Source: Meiothermus sp.
GTDB lineage: Bacteria; Deinococcota; Deinococci; Deinococcales; Thermaceae
Assembly (NCBI GenBank): GCA_033762915.1
Contig: JANRLD010000102.1
Span: 1-13,469 of the forward strand
Direction of reading: 5' to 3'
DNA length: 13,469 bases
In this document: positions 6,534-13,469 of the stretch, piece after piece
Layout: every line of letters begins with the position of its first letter
Numbering within the stretch: the stretch's first letter is position 1
Notes under the pieces: generated by a model
What the model saw: the letters and a program-made list of their open reading frames with translations, nothing else
Told to the model about the DNA's origin: nothing
Database searches by the model: none
Program-made: the position numbers and the translations under genes

Positions 6534-9283
6534 GCGCCTTCTATCCCCTCCGTTTCCGTCTGGCTCGTGTCGCTTTCAAACAGCACACCCAGAACGTCAT
6601 CCACTTTTAGCCGAACCGGCTTCCCATCCAACAATCCCCACCACTCCCCACCAGGAGCAATAACCACGCGGTGGTTTCGGAGCCAGCCGGGCCGGTCTTT
6701 GGGCTCCGCGAAGTCGAATGGCTCAAAGCCGTCGGCGGGCTCGGCCAGCATCCAGTAGCCCGGCAGGTTCACCTTCTGCCAGAACAGGCGCTTGAGGAAG
6801 TCCTTCTTGGGCTGGTAGTCCCTGTCCTTGGCGGCCTTATCCAGTGCGTTCTTATAGGCGTTGATGAGGTTCTTTCGGGTCAGGATGATCGCGGCTCGGG
6901 TATCGTCGCCCAGCCGGGTCTGTGCCCGGAAGTAGCTCTGGCGCTGCCCATCCTCAGCCTCATCTACAGCCTCGGTGGCTTGGGCGTAGCTAAACACCTC
7001 GGGGTCGGGCAGGGGGATTAGGTGGGTCTTGGCCCGCGCCTCGAGGTCTTCCGCCCGATGCCGCCGCGCCCTCTCTGCGTCCGCAATCTCCGAGGTCAGC
7101 AAAGCATCCGCCTCGAGCGTCGCCCCACCGTAGACGGACTCGATCAGGTCGCGGAAGTCGGCAGGCAGGGTGAAGTGGCCTCTGGGCAGCACCGCCAGCG
7201 TCCGCAGCAAGGTGGCTCGGTCGTAGACACCACGCCACTCGCCGTCCTTGCCCCGCTTAAGCTCGATACGCCCGAAATCAAACGGCTCCCGTAGAGACGG
7301 TAGCAGGATGTGAAGCACTGGCTTTTCGTGGACGAACCTGGGGTTGATCACGTGCCGGTGCAGCCGCCCCAGCCGCTGGAGCAGCAAGTCAACTGGGGCC
7401 AAGTCCGACAGCATCACGTCGAAGCACACGTCCAACGACTGCTCGACCACCTGGGTTGCTACGAGTATGGCCTGTGGCGGGCGCTCTGGGTTGGGGATGA
7501 CCAACTTGGTTTCAGGGTCTCGAATTGTTCCAAAGCACCGGAAAACATCCTTCTCGATCTCGTCCCGCCGCTCTGCCGGAAAGCGGGCGTGGAAAAGTCG
7601 CAAGTCTACGATGTTCGACATCTGCCCCGCCGCCTTCATCCTGCCCAATTCCTCGAAGATCGCTTGGGCGCGGCGCACCGTATTTGCCAAAACGCAGACG
7701 CACCCACCTCCCTCCACTAAGGACGCAGCCTTCCGGGCGGTAGCTTCGGCATCATGCAAGAGACCCGGCTCGAGGCGAAGCTCAATATGTTTTTGGGTGT
7801 AGGCGCTCTTGGCCTGTACCACGAAGGGCTGCTGTCCGAGCGCAGCAAATGTCAGGAGTGGGTACGGCTCTACGCCTGGCACGGGATCGAGGGCCTGCCC
7901 CGTGTAGGCCGCGATGAGGTTCGCTTTCTGCGACCTGGACAGGGTTGCCGAGAGAAGAATCACCGGGACGCGCAACTCGCGACACCAAGCCAGTAGGCGC
8001 TGCAAGATCGCCTGCATATAGGCGTCATAGGCGTGAACTTCGTCAATCACCAGAACCTTGCGGGCTAGCCCGCACAGCCGTAGAAACCCGTGCTTGACGT
8101 TGAGGGCTGACATTAGGGCCTGATCCACCGTCCCGACTGCCTCGAGCGCGAGAAGAGCCCGCTTAGGCGAGGCCAGCCACATCCGAATCCGGGCGGCCTC
8201 CTTGGAGTCACGCCCGTCGTCGGTCTGCGGCGCGTCGGGCAGGTCGTCCCCGACCAACCAAGCCATGCCGTGGATCAGGCGCGGCTGGCCCTGTTCACTA
8301 GGACGAGCTTTCAAGTACCTAGCGTACCGGTTGTACATCTGGTTGCTGGTCGCCATCGTGGGGAGTGCGATGTAAACACCACTACAACCGCGCTGGCGGT
8401 TCCACTCCTCGGCTAGGTACACCGCACTCTCGGTCTTCCCCTCACCCATAGGGGCCTCGAGGATGGCCAGCCCCGGCGACACGCCTGCGAGCACCGTTTC
8501 TTCCAAGGCTTCCTGCGAGGGCCGTAGCGCGGCTATTTCGGGCCACACCTGGGTCAGCTTGAGAGGCTGCGCTTGAGCGAAGGGGTTGGGCAAGTCGGCA
8601 AGCTCGAGTTGGCTGACGACCTCGAGCGCACGTTTGCAGGCTAATTCGAAGTATTCCTGAGGGTCGTCAGTCTTGGGGATCAAGTGATAACCGAACGGGT
8701 GCGTGCTCGAGGCGATCCAATCGGAAAGCACGACCAGACCGACAAACAGCACTCCCGAGACGTTGGCGTGCACGAACGCCTGGGGGCGAAAGTCTGGCTC
8801 TGGCTGGAGGACGTACTCGAGTAGCTCTACCAACTCCTCTCTTAACGGATTCCACAGTGTGGCGTGCTCGTCGGGACGCTCCTTAGGGCGAAAGTTGCCG
8901 TGGTGCCCCCGGATGACCGCTGCCACGACACGCACGACTTCGGGGGGCCATCCGCGCTTGCCTAGGTAAGGAATCAACCACTCTGCCGAGCGGGCCTCGT
9001 GTCGGAAACCCCGCACCATGTCGGGGTCTACGCCTTCCAGCAACCCCACCGACTTGATGTCGTCATCAACTGCTTCCGGCGCTTTGCTTTGAAACAGCGG
9101 GTCGGCTTTGCCAATGTCATGCAGTGCGATCAGGAAGCAGAGCCAGCCGACCGGCAGAGGCCCATCCGGCCAGAAGCGTGGAGCGAGCGATTTGGCTACT
9201 GCCGCGATATCAAGCAGATGTCGCCACAACTCGTGCCGAGGTTCGCTTTTGGCCCAGAGGGCTCGAGCATGCTCAGGGAGCAT
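6530..9283 (-). CDS. cas3: Cas3 HD nuclease-SF2 helicase
   Basis: LWAKS, HLLD, LHDIGKA, GHHG, SDWIAS (HD domain); APMGEGKTE (Walker A), DEVH, LSAT, HARF, ATQVVEQSLD, QRLGRLHRH. Motifs appear intact. Confidence 0.98.
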   Translation of the reverse strand: MLPEHARALWAKSEPRHELWRHLLDIAAVAKSLAPRFWPDGPLPVGWLCFLIALHDIGKADPLFQSKAPEAVDDDIKSVGLLEGVDPDMVRGFRHEARSAEWLIPYLGKRGWPPEVVRVVAAVIRGHHGNFRPKERPDEHATLWNPLREELVELLEYVLQPEPDFRPQAFVHANVSGVLFVGLVVLSDWIASSTHPFGYHLIPKTDDPQEYFELACKRALEVVSQLELADLPNPFAQAQPLKLTQVWPEIAALRPSQEALEETVLAGVSPGLAILEAPMGEGKTESAVYLAEEWNRQRGCSGVYIALPTMATSNQMYNRYARYLKARPSEQGQPRLIHGMAWLVGDDLPDAPQTDDGRDSKEAARIRMWLASPKRALLALEAVGTVDQALMSALNVKHGFLRLCGLARKVLVIDEVHAYDAYMQAILQRLLAWCRELRVPVILLSATLSRSQKANLIAAYTGQALDPVPGVEPYPLLTFAALGQQPFVVQAKSAYTQKHIELRLEPGLLHDAEATARKAASLVEGGGCVCVLANTVRRAQAIFEELGRMKAAGQMSNIVDLRLFHARFPAERRDEIEKDVFRCFGTIRDPETKLVIPNPERPPQAILVATQVVEQSLDVCFDVMLSDLAPVDLLLQRLGRLHRHVINPRFVHEKPVLHILLPSLREPFDFGRIELKRGKDGEWRGVYDRATLLRTLAVLPRGHFTLPADFRDLIESVYGGATLEADALLTSEIADAERARRHRAEDLEARAKTHLIPLPDPEVFSYAQATEAVDEAEDGQRQSYFRAQTRLGDDTRAAIILTRKNLINAYKNALDKAAKDRDYQPKKDFLKRLFWQKVNLPGYWMLAEPADGFEPFDFAEPKDRPGWLRNHRVVIAPGGEWWGLLDGKPVRLKVDDVLGVLFESDTSQTETEGIEGA

Positions 9284-10295
9284 TTATTCCACCCCCCAAC
9301 GCAGCCACGGCCCGAGCTTCCTCGAGCCACTCCTCACGCAGGTCTTGGGGCCACAGCACCTCGACCCTGCTGCCCCAGCTTTGGACCCAGCTCTTTAGCT
9401 CGACCGGGAAGTTGTCGTTGTTGGTGCCCACGGTAATGCAGACCTCGAGGCCCCCGTCGGGAAGCCTCGAGGTAATGGATAAGTTGGGGTAGCCGCCCTC
9501 GAGGATGCGGTAGGCGGCCTCTTTGGCGAAGCGCAGCCGCACCTCGACCGGCTGACCACCCGACGACCCCACCACGCCCCAGGCTTTGGAGAGGTAGGCG
9601 CGGGGGTCGAAGGTGTCGGGGATCGCGTAGTCGTTGGGCCGCCCGACCAGGCTCACGTTGCGCATCCGGTCGAGCTTGAAGGTGCGCCGCTCGCCGCGCT
9701 TGCCGCGCTCGAGGCCGATGACGTACAGGCCCAGGTTGCTCCGGCTGATCTCCACGAAGTACACCTCGAGAACATTGCCCCGGTCTATGCCCGACTCGGT
9801 CGGCTTGAGGTAGTTGAAGCTGATGGGTTGGCGCTTGGCCCAGCCCTCGGCCACCACCTCGAGGGCCTGACCCAGCTCGTTGTTGAGGCTGCGGCGCTCC
9901 TCGATGCTCTGCAGGGCGATGGACTGCAGCGGCTGGGACAGCTGGTGGGCCAGCTTGTCCAGCGCCCGAAAGTACACCGCGTTATAGCCGGGCGTGTGGT
10001 GGAACAGCAGGCGCAGCGCGCTGTGGGTGACCAAGGCCTCGACCGGGCTCAGCTTGTACGAGACGCTGTAGACCGGGGGGCGGACCAGCGGGTTGTACTC
10101 CACCTGCCCTACGTTCACCAGGTCCTTCAGGGCACGCTGTAGGGTGCGCAGGGTGATGCGCTCCTCGGGGCTGTCGACCCGGTTGTACCGGGAGAGCAGC
10201 TCCCGGACCGTGAGGTGGTTGTCCCGCAGTAGCTCAACGACCCGAAAGAGCCGAACAGCTTTACGGTGGTGGTTGTCGGGGCCGGAGGTGTTCAT
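9273..10295 (-). CDS. HTH-WYL-WCX transcriptional regulator
   Basis: N-terminal winged HTH (RLFRVVELL...TLRTLQRALKDL), WYL core (ISFNY, LYVIG, RTFKLDRM), FDPRAYL...WGV, VRLRF and WCX tail (WVQSWGSRVEVLWPQDLR). 3' end overlaps the cas3 start. ATG at 10295 preferred over TTG at 10316. Confidence 0.92.
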   Translation of the reverse strand: MNTSGPDNHHRKAVRLFRVVELLRDNHLTVRELLSRYNRVDSPEERITLRTLQRALKDLVNVGQVEYNPLVRPPVYSVSYKLSPVEALVTHSALRLLFHHTPGYNAVYFRALDKLAHQLSQPLQSIALQSIEERRSLNNELGQALEVVAEGWAKRQPISFNYLKPTESGIDRGNVLEVYFVEISRSNLGLYVIGLERGKRGERRTFKLDRMRNVSLVGRPNDYAIPDTFDPRAYLSKAWGVVGSSGGQPVEVRLRFAKEAAYRILEGGYPNLSITSRLPDGGLEVCITVGTNNDNFPVELKSWVQSWGSRVEVLWPQDLREEWLEEARAVAALGGGINAP

Positions 10296-10395
10296 GGCGC
10301 TGTCGCAGTAACCCAAGATAGAACCCGCGCGTCAATCCTCTGACGATACCCAAGTTTTCCGACGTATTGCAGCAAATAACCTTAGCAAGATTGTG
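10296..10395 (-). promoter_or_regulatory. Putative promoter/operator region of the WYL-cas operon
   Basis: AT-richer 100-bp gap containing the inverted repeat CGTCA-N6-TGACG (10330-10345) and minus-strand CGTCGG-N10-TATCGT (10364 to 10343). No strong terminator hairpin seen. Confidence 0.5.
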
Positions 10396-12006
10396 TCAAT
10401 CCGAAGCCCGCCGCCGCCGCTCCTCCACCCAATCCGCAGTGCTGCCGCGCAGGAAATTGCCCCAACGGGCGGGCGGCAGCTTGGGCATGTCGTAGTCCCA
10501 CACGGCCGAGGGGTCGAGGCGGTAGAGGGCCTCCTGGCTATCGAGGCTGTCCTCCCAGCCCAGGATGGCCCGGAGGCGATCACCCAGCTCCCACAGGGCT
10601 TGGCGGGCCTGGCGGGATTTGCCGTATCCGTGGCTGGGGTAGAGGTCGTCCATCAGGGTCTCGCTGGATTCGACGCCGCCGCCCTCCAAGAGCCGAACGA
10701 GCAACTCGCCCACCTTGGGGGGCAGCTCGAGGGGGCGGCCGTTAACACTCACCTTGAGGGCATCTGCCGCCGCCACGCTGACCCGGTTGGTCGCGATGGG
10801 CGGTGCCATCCGCCGCCCGACCTCGGCAATGCCCAGCGCCTCGAACAGCCCGGGAAAGCAGTGCGCCTCGAAGGCCAGCCAGGGCAGCTCGAGGGGCAGC
10901 CCCAGGGGGGGCAGGGGTTCGCCCCGCAGGCGCATCTGCTCGAGGGTGACCACCCGCACCAGCATGGAACTGCGTTCGCCCAGGTCGTCGGCCTGCTCAA
11001 GGGCCTCCCGGCTGCCCTCGAGGTCGCCCAGCATCAGCTTGACCGCAGCAACATCGGCGTGAATCCAGCGCTCGCCGGGGAGCTTTAGGCTCTGGCCTTC
11101 GCGCAGGGCCTGTAAGGCCCGCTCGGGCTGGCCCAGCAGCCGCAGCATGAAGCCCTGGCCCCACAGGGCTTCGAGGCGGTCGGTGGGGTCGCCGGGGGCC
11201 TTGGCGGCCCGGCCGTAGGTGTCCAAGGCCCGCTGCCAGTCGCCTAGTTGCCGCCGAACCCCCGCCAGCCCGCACAGGGCCCTGGCCCTGAAGGGGCTTT
11301 TGGCCTTCTCGCTGCTCAGGGCTTCGGCCTCGAGGAAGTGACCCTCGGCCCGGCCGGGTTCGCTGAACTGCAAGGCGATGCCGATGTTGTAGTGCGCCCA
11401 GGCGCAGTAGTAGGGGTCGGGCGCCAGTTGCACGATGGCCTCGGCCCAGATACCCCTGGCCCGCCCAAGCTGGCCCTTTAGCGACAGAAGGGTGCCTTCC
11501 TCGAGCAGACAGCGCCCCAGCGCCAGCCCCGTCAGCAGCCGCTTGGCCTGGGCCATCTCCTCCAACCAGGTGGGGTCGGACAGCCTGAACTTGGCCTCGG
11601 CCCGGAAGCGTGACCACAGGCCCGCATGGTGCGCATCCAACTCGCCAGGCGCGAAGGAGAGGGCCAGGGCTCGCCCGGCCTGGGCGCTGTGGAGCCAGGC
11701 CCAGCCCAGGTAGACCTTGGTGGCGGGGAGGGTGTTGGGGTGCTCAAGCAGCGGCTCGAGGGCCTCGAGCAGCGGCCCGGGCCGCCGTGCCTCGCACCAG
11801 ACCCTCGCCGCCAGCAGTGCGAGCTTCGGGTGGAGTTGAAACAGGCCGCGCGGGAATAGCGGCAAGAGTTCGTGCTCGAGCCGAATCACCTCCTGGTAGC
11901 GCGGGCTGGCCTGTACGGCTTTCTCTAGGGTCAGGACGGCCTCGAGGGGCTTACCCATCTCCAGAAGTTGTTGTACGGCCCCTTTTGCGGCGGCAATATC
12001 CTTCAT
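10396..12006 (-). CDS. TPR-repeat protein with C-terminal OmpR/SARP-like winged helix and a BTAD-like stub; putative transcriptional regulator/peptide receptor, 536 aa
   Basis: TPR-like helices (AWAHYNIGIAL, RALCGLAGVRRQLGDWQRALDTYGRA, ALWGQGFMLRLLGQPERALQALREG). Then VSVNGRPLEL...ELLVRLL...ETLMDDLYP...LRAILG...YRLD, ending FLRGSTADWVEERR. Start reassigned to ATG 12006, with TAAATT 11 nt upstream. Confidence 0.82.
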   Translation of the reverse strand: MKDIAAAKGAVQQLLEMGKPLEAVLTLEKAVQASPRYQEVIRLEHELLPLFPRGLFQLHPKLALLAARVWCEARRPGPLLEALEPLLEHPNTLPATKVYLGWAWLHSAQAGRALALSFAPGELDAHHAGLWSRFRAEAKFRLSDPTWLEEMAQAKRLLTGLALGRCLLEEGTLLSLKGQLGRARGIWAEAIVQLAPDPYYCAWAHYNIGIALQFSEPGRAEGHFLEAEALSSEKAKSPFRARALCGLAGVRRQLGDWQRALDTYGRAAKAPGDPTDRLEALWGQGFMLRLLGQPERALQALREGQSLKLPGERWIHADVAAVKLMLGDLEGSREALEQADDLGERSSMLVRVVTLEQMRLRGEPLPPLGLPLELPWLAFEAHCFPGLFEALGIAEVGRRMAPPIATNRVSVAAADALKVSVNGRPLELPPKVGELLVRLLEGGGVESSETLMDDLYPSHGYGKSRQARQALWELGDRLRAILGWEDSLDSQEALYRLDPSAVWDYDMPKLPPARWGNFLRGSTADWVEERRRRASD

Positions 12007-12031
12007 CCCTACCGGGCAATTTACACAAACC

Positions 12032-12055
12032 GGGAGGGGGTAAGTGCCCCCTCCC
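12032..12055 (-). terminator. Stem-loop between the peptide gene and TPR gene (possible weak terminator/attenuator)
   Basis: 9-bp perfect stem GGGAGGGGG/CCCCCTCCC with a 6-nt loop, 10 nt after the peptide stop, followed by GGTTTGTGT on the minus strand. Confidence 0.6.
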
Positions 12056-12065
12056 TTACCTGCTT

Positions 12066-12224
12066 CTACCCGCCCGTCCCCGTCTTCACCCCCCCGCCGT
12101 CCGCGATCTGTACCGGGGTGCTGTGGTGCGCACCCCCCGCCAGCGGAAGCACCAAGGCCAGCACCACGGCGGCCCACACCAAGAGTTGCTTTTTGCCGAT
12201 CCTGACTGTGTTTACGTGGCTCAT
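12066..12224 (-). CDS. Small secreted peptide precursor, 52 aa: MSHVNTVRIGKKQLLVWAAVVLALVLPLAGGAHHSTPVQIADGGGVKTGTGG
   Basis: Translated by hand; not in the ORF track. GGAGG SD (12230-12234) 5 nt before the ATG. Basic n-region (R, KK), hydrophobic h-region (LLVWAAVVLALVLPL), small-residue c-region (AGGA), polar Gly-rich tail, TAG at 12066-12068, then a hairpin. Confidence 0.8.
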   Translation of the reverse strand: MSHVNTVRIGKKQLLVWAAVVLALVLPLAGGAHHSTPVQIADGGGVKTGTGG

Positions 12225-12254
12225 AACTACCTCCACGTGCAGTAGGATGCGGCG

Positions 12255-12276
12255 GCGACATGTCAGAACTTGTCGC
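12255..12276. promoter_or_regulatory. Putative operator GCGACA-N10-TGTCGC upstream of the peptide gene
   Basis: Perfect 6-bp inverted arms (12255-12260, 12271-12276) with nested palindrome GACATGTC (12257-12264), 30-50 bp upstream of the peptide ATG. Confidence 0.45.
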
Positions 12277-12618
12277 GCTAAATTGTCTCGTCAAAACCTG
12301 CCGACTTTGGGTGGCCGGATCGCGCCCGCCGAAGCCCTGGAGGCCGCCCACGGGCGGCTTGCGGGGTAGGCATCGCCTTGCACAGGCGGGGAGGGCGGAG
12401 CTTGGGTGGCTCGAGGCCGGCTTGAGAACCGGTCTTCGTTCCAGAGGCCCCAGAAGGGAAAGCGGCGACCCTCTCGAGCCAGGGATAGAGTTCCCTGGAG
12501 TGCGCGAGACGGGCCAACCTTTCTGTCCCTCGATCTGCAGACGACTAACTCACCCAGTGGCCCCTGGGCCAGCCCAATTGGCCTAGACCCCTCATGACCA
12601 AGGATACTTAAGCGAAAA

Positions 12619-13469
12619 ATGGCCCCAAAACCCGCCAAATATAACCCCGACGGCTCCCCCTACCTTGGGGCGATGGAAAAGTTTGGCCGCACCACCCCCC
12701 GCTGCCAAGGCACCACCAAGAACGGCCTTAGAGCAGGCTGGCAGTGTGCCCAACCCGCCCGCAAGGGCTACTCGGTTTGCCGGGTTCACGGGGCAGGTAC
12801 CCGTAAGCGGGTCAAAGAAGGTGTACGCAAAGACCCCAAGACTACCGGGGCTAGGGCTGCACGCCTGTACATGGCCTCGGAGTACAGCTTGATCTCTGAA
12901 CTGGCCAGGGAAATTGAAGCCCTCGAGCTAGACCTTGATAACACCGACAGCGACTTTGCCCACCTGCGGGCGGTAATCAAGCAGATGCTGGCCGCCGAGG
13001 GTCAGGTCGAAGACTCCCTAAGGCGAATGAAAGATGGTTGCGATGCGATAGAGCTGATCCTCGAGGGTACTGGGGGTAGGCCTAGCCTCGAGGCCGCATT
13101 GAAACTCGGCCAGAGCATACGGGCGATACACCGGGCTCTAGTATCCATGTCCAGATATTTGAAGGAACTCTCCGATCACCTGCTTCAAGTCTCGGTGTTC
13201 GCCAAGAGCCGGGCTGAGATCAGGGCCAAGACGGCCCGGCCCCGGATGATCAGAGAGTTTCTGACCTACGTCGGGTGGACGAACCTGATTTTGCAAGATG
13301 TGCTCCCCCTCGAGGAATATGAAGCCATCTACGAGAGAACCCGGCGCGAGGTCATTCAGAAGCTGATGCTGAGCTATACCCCGGTGTCCCCAGATCGGGA
13401 GCACCCTTCGCCGTGCCACCCAGCGCAGGGAAGGGGCCGTGCAGTTCACCGCCGACAACCCCCTCGAGA
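12619..13469 (+). CDS. Hypothetical protein, 3'-truncated (>283 aa), with N-terminal CCCH / HGGxSTG-like zinc finger and helical C-terminal region
   Basis: Hand translation is open from ATG 12619 to the window end: MAPKPAKYNPDGSPYLGAMEKFGRTTPRCQGTTKNGLRAGWQCAQPARKGYSVCRVHGAGTRKRVKEG...LISELAREIEALELDLDNTD... The motif is C-x13-C-x10-C-x2-H-G-A-G. Absent from the ORF track, presumably because no stop lies in the window. Confidence 0.82.
   Translation, partial: MAPKPAKYNPDGSPYLGAMEKFGRTTPRCQGTTKNGLRAGWQCAQPARKGYSVCRVHGAGTRKRVKEGVRKDPKTTGARAARLYMASEYSLISELAREIEALELDLDNTDSDFAHLRAVIKQMLAAEGQVEDSLRRMKDGCDAIELILEGTGGRPSLEAALKLGQSIRAIHRALVSMSRYLKELSDHLLQVSVFAKSRAEIRAKTARPRMIREFLTYVGWTNLILQDVLPLEEYEAIYERTRREVIQKLMLSYTPVSPDREHPSPCHPAQGRGRAVHRRQPPR

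Noticed and set aside
6530..9283. Cas3-less, transposon-associated or nuclease-fused I-E variant
   Set aside because: Cas3 motifs are intact, no tns/tniQ genes are present, and no HNH or DEDDh fusion is evident in Cas5, Cas8e or Cas2.
12007..12351. 115-aa N-terminal extension of the TPR ORF in the track (651 aa)
   Set aside because: Low-complexity sequence that crosses a hairpin and overlaps the better-supported peptide ORF in another frame; ATG 12006 is the likelier start.
598..12369. Many plus-strand and alternative-frame ORFs overlapping cas, WYL and TPR genes
   Set aside because: Shadow ORFs expected in GC-rich DNA; no recognisable motifs.
12260..13458. Short track ORFs in the intergenic region and overlapping the 12619 gene
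   Set aside because: No recognisable domains; the long open plus frame from 12619 explains the right end.

Overview
GC-rich bacterial DNA with strong CTCGAG enrichment; the gene set suggests Deinococcus-Thermus (Meiothermus-like), which is an inference. Most of the window (242-9283, minus strand) is a complete type I-E CRISPR-Cas operon in canonical order: cas3, cas8e, cas11, cas7, cas5, cas6e, cas1, cas2. It runs into a CRISPR array (4 repeats visible, truncated at the left edge). Upstream and co-oriented are an HTH-WYL regulator overlapping the cas3 start and a 536-aa TPR plus winged-helix regulator. Just before the TPR gene lies a 52-codon ORF missing from the ORF track (12066-12224), with a strong RBS, a signal-peptide-like N-terminus and a short Gly-rich tail. 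This peptide-TPR pair resembles RRNPP/arbitrium-style peptide communication modules and heads the WYL-cas locus, making it the best candidate for an undescribed system (peptide-signal control of CRISPR-Cas). A divergent, right-truncated gene (12619 onward, also missing from the track) encodes a CCCH/HGGxSTG-like zinc-finger protein. The middle of cas8e is a low-GC, CTCGAG-free patch suggesting an intragenic swap.
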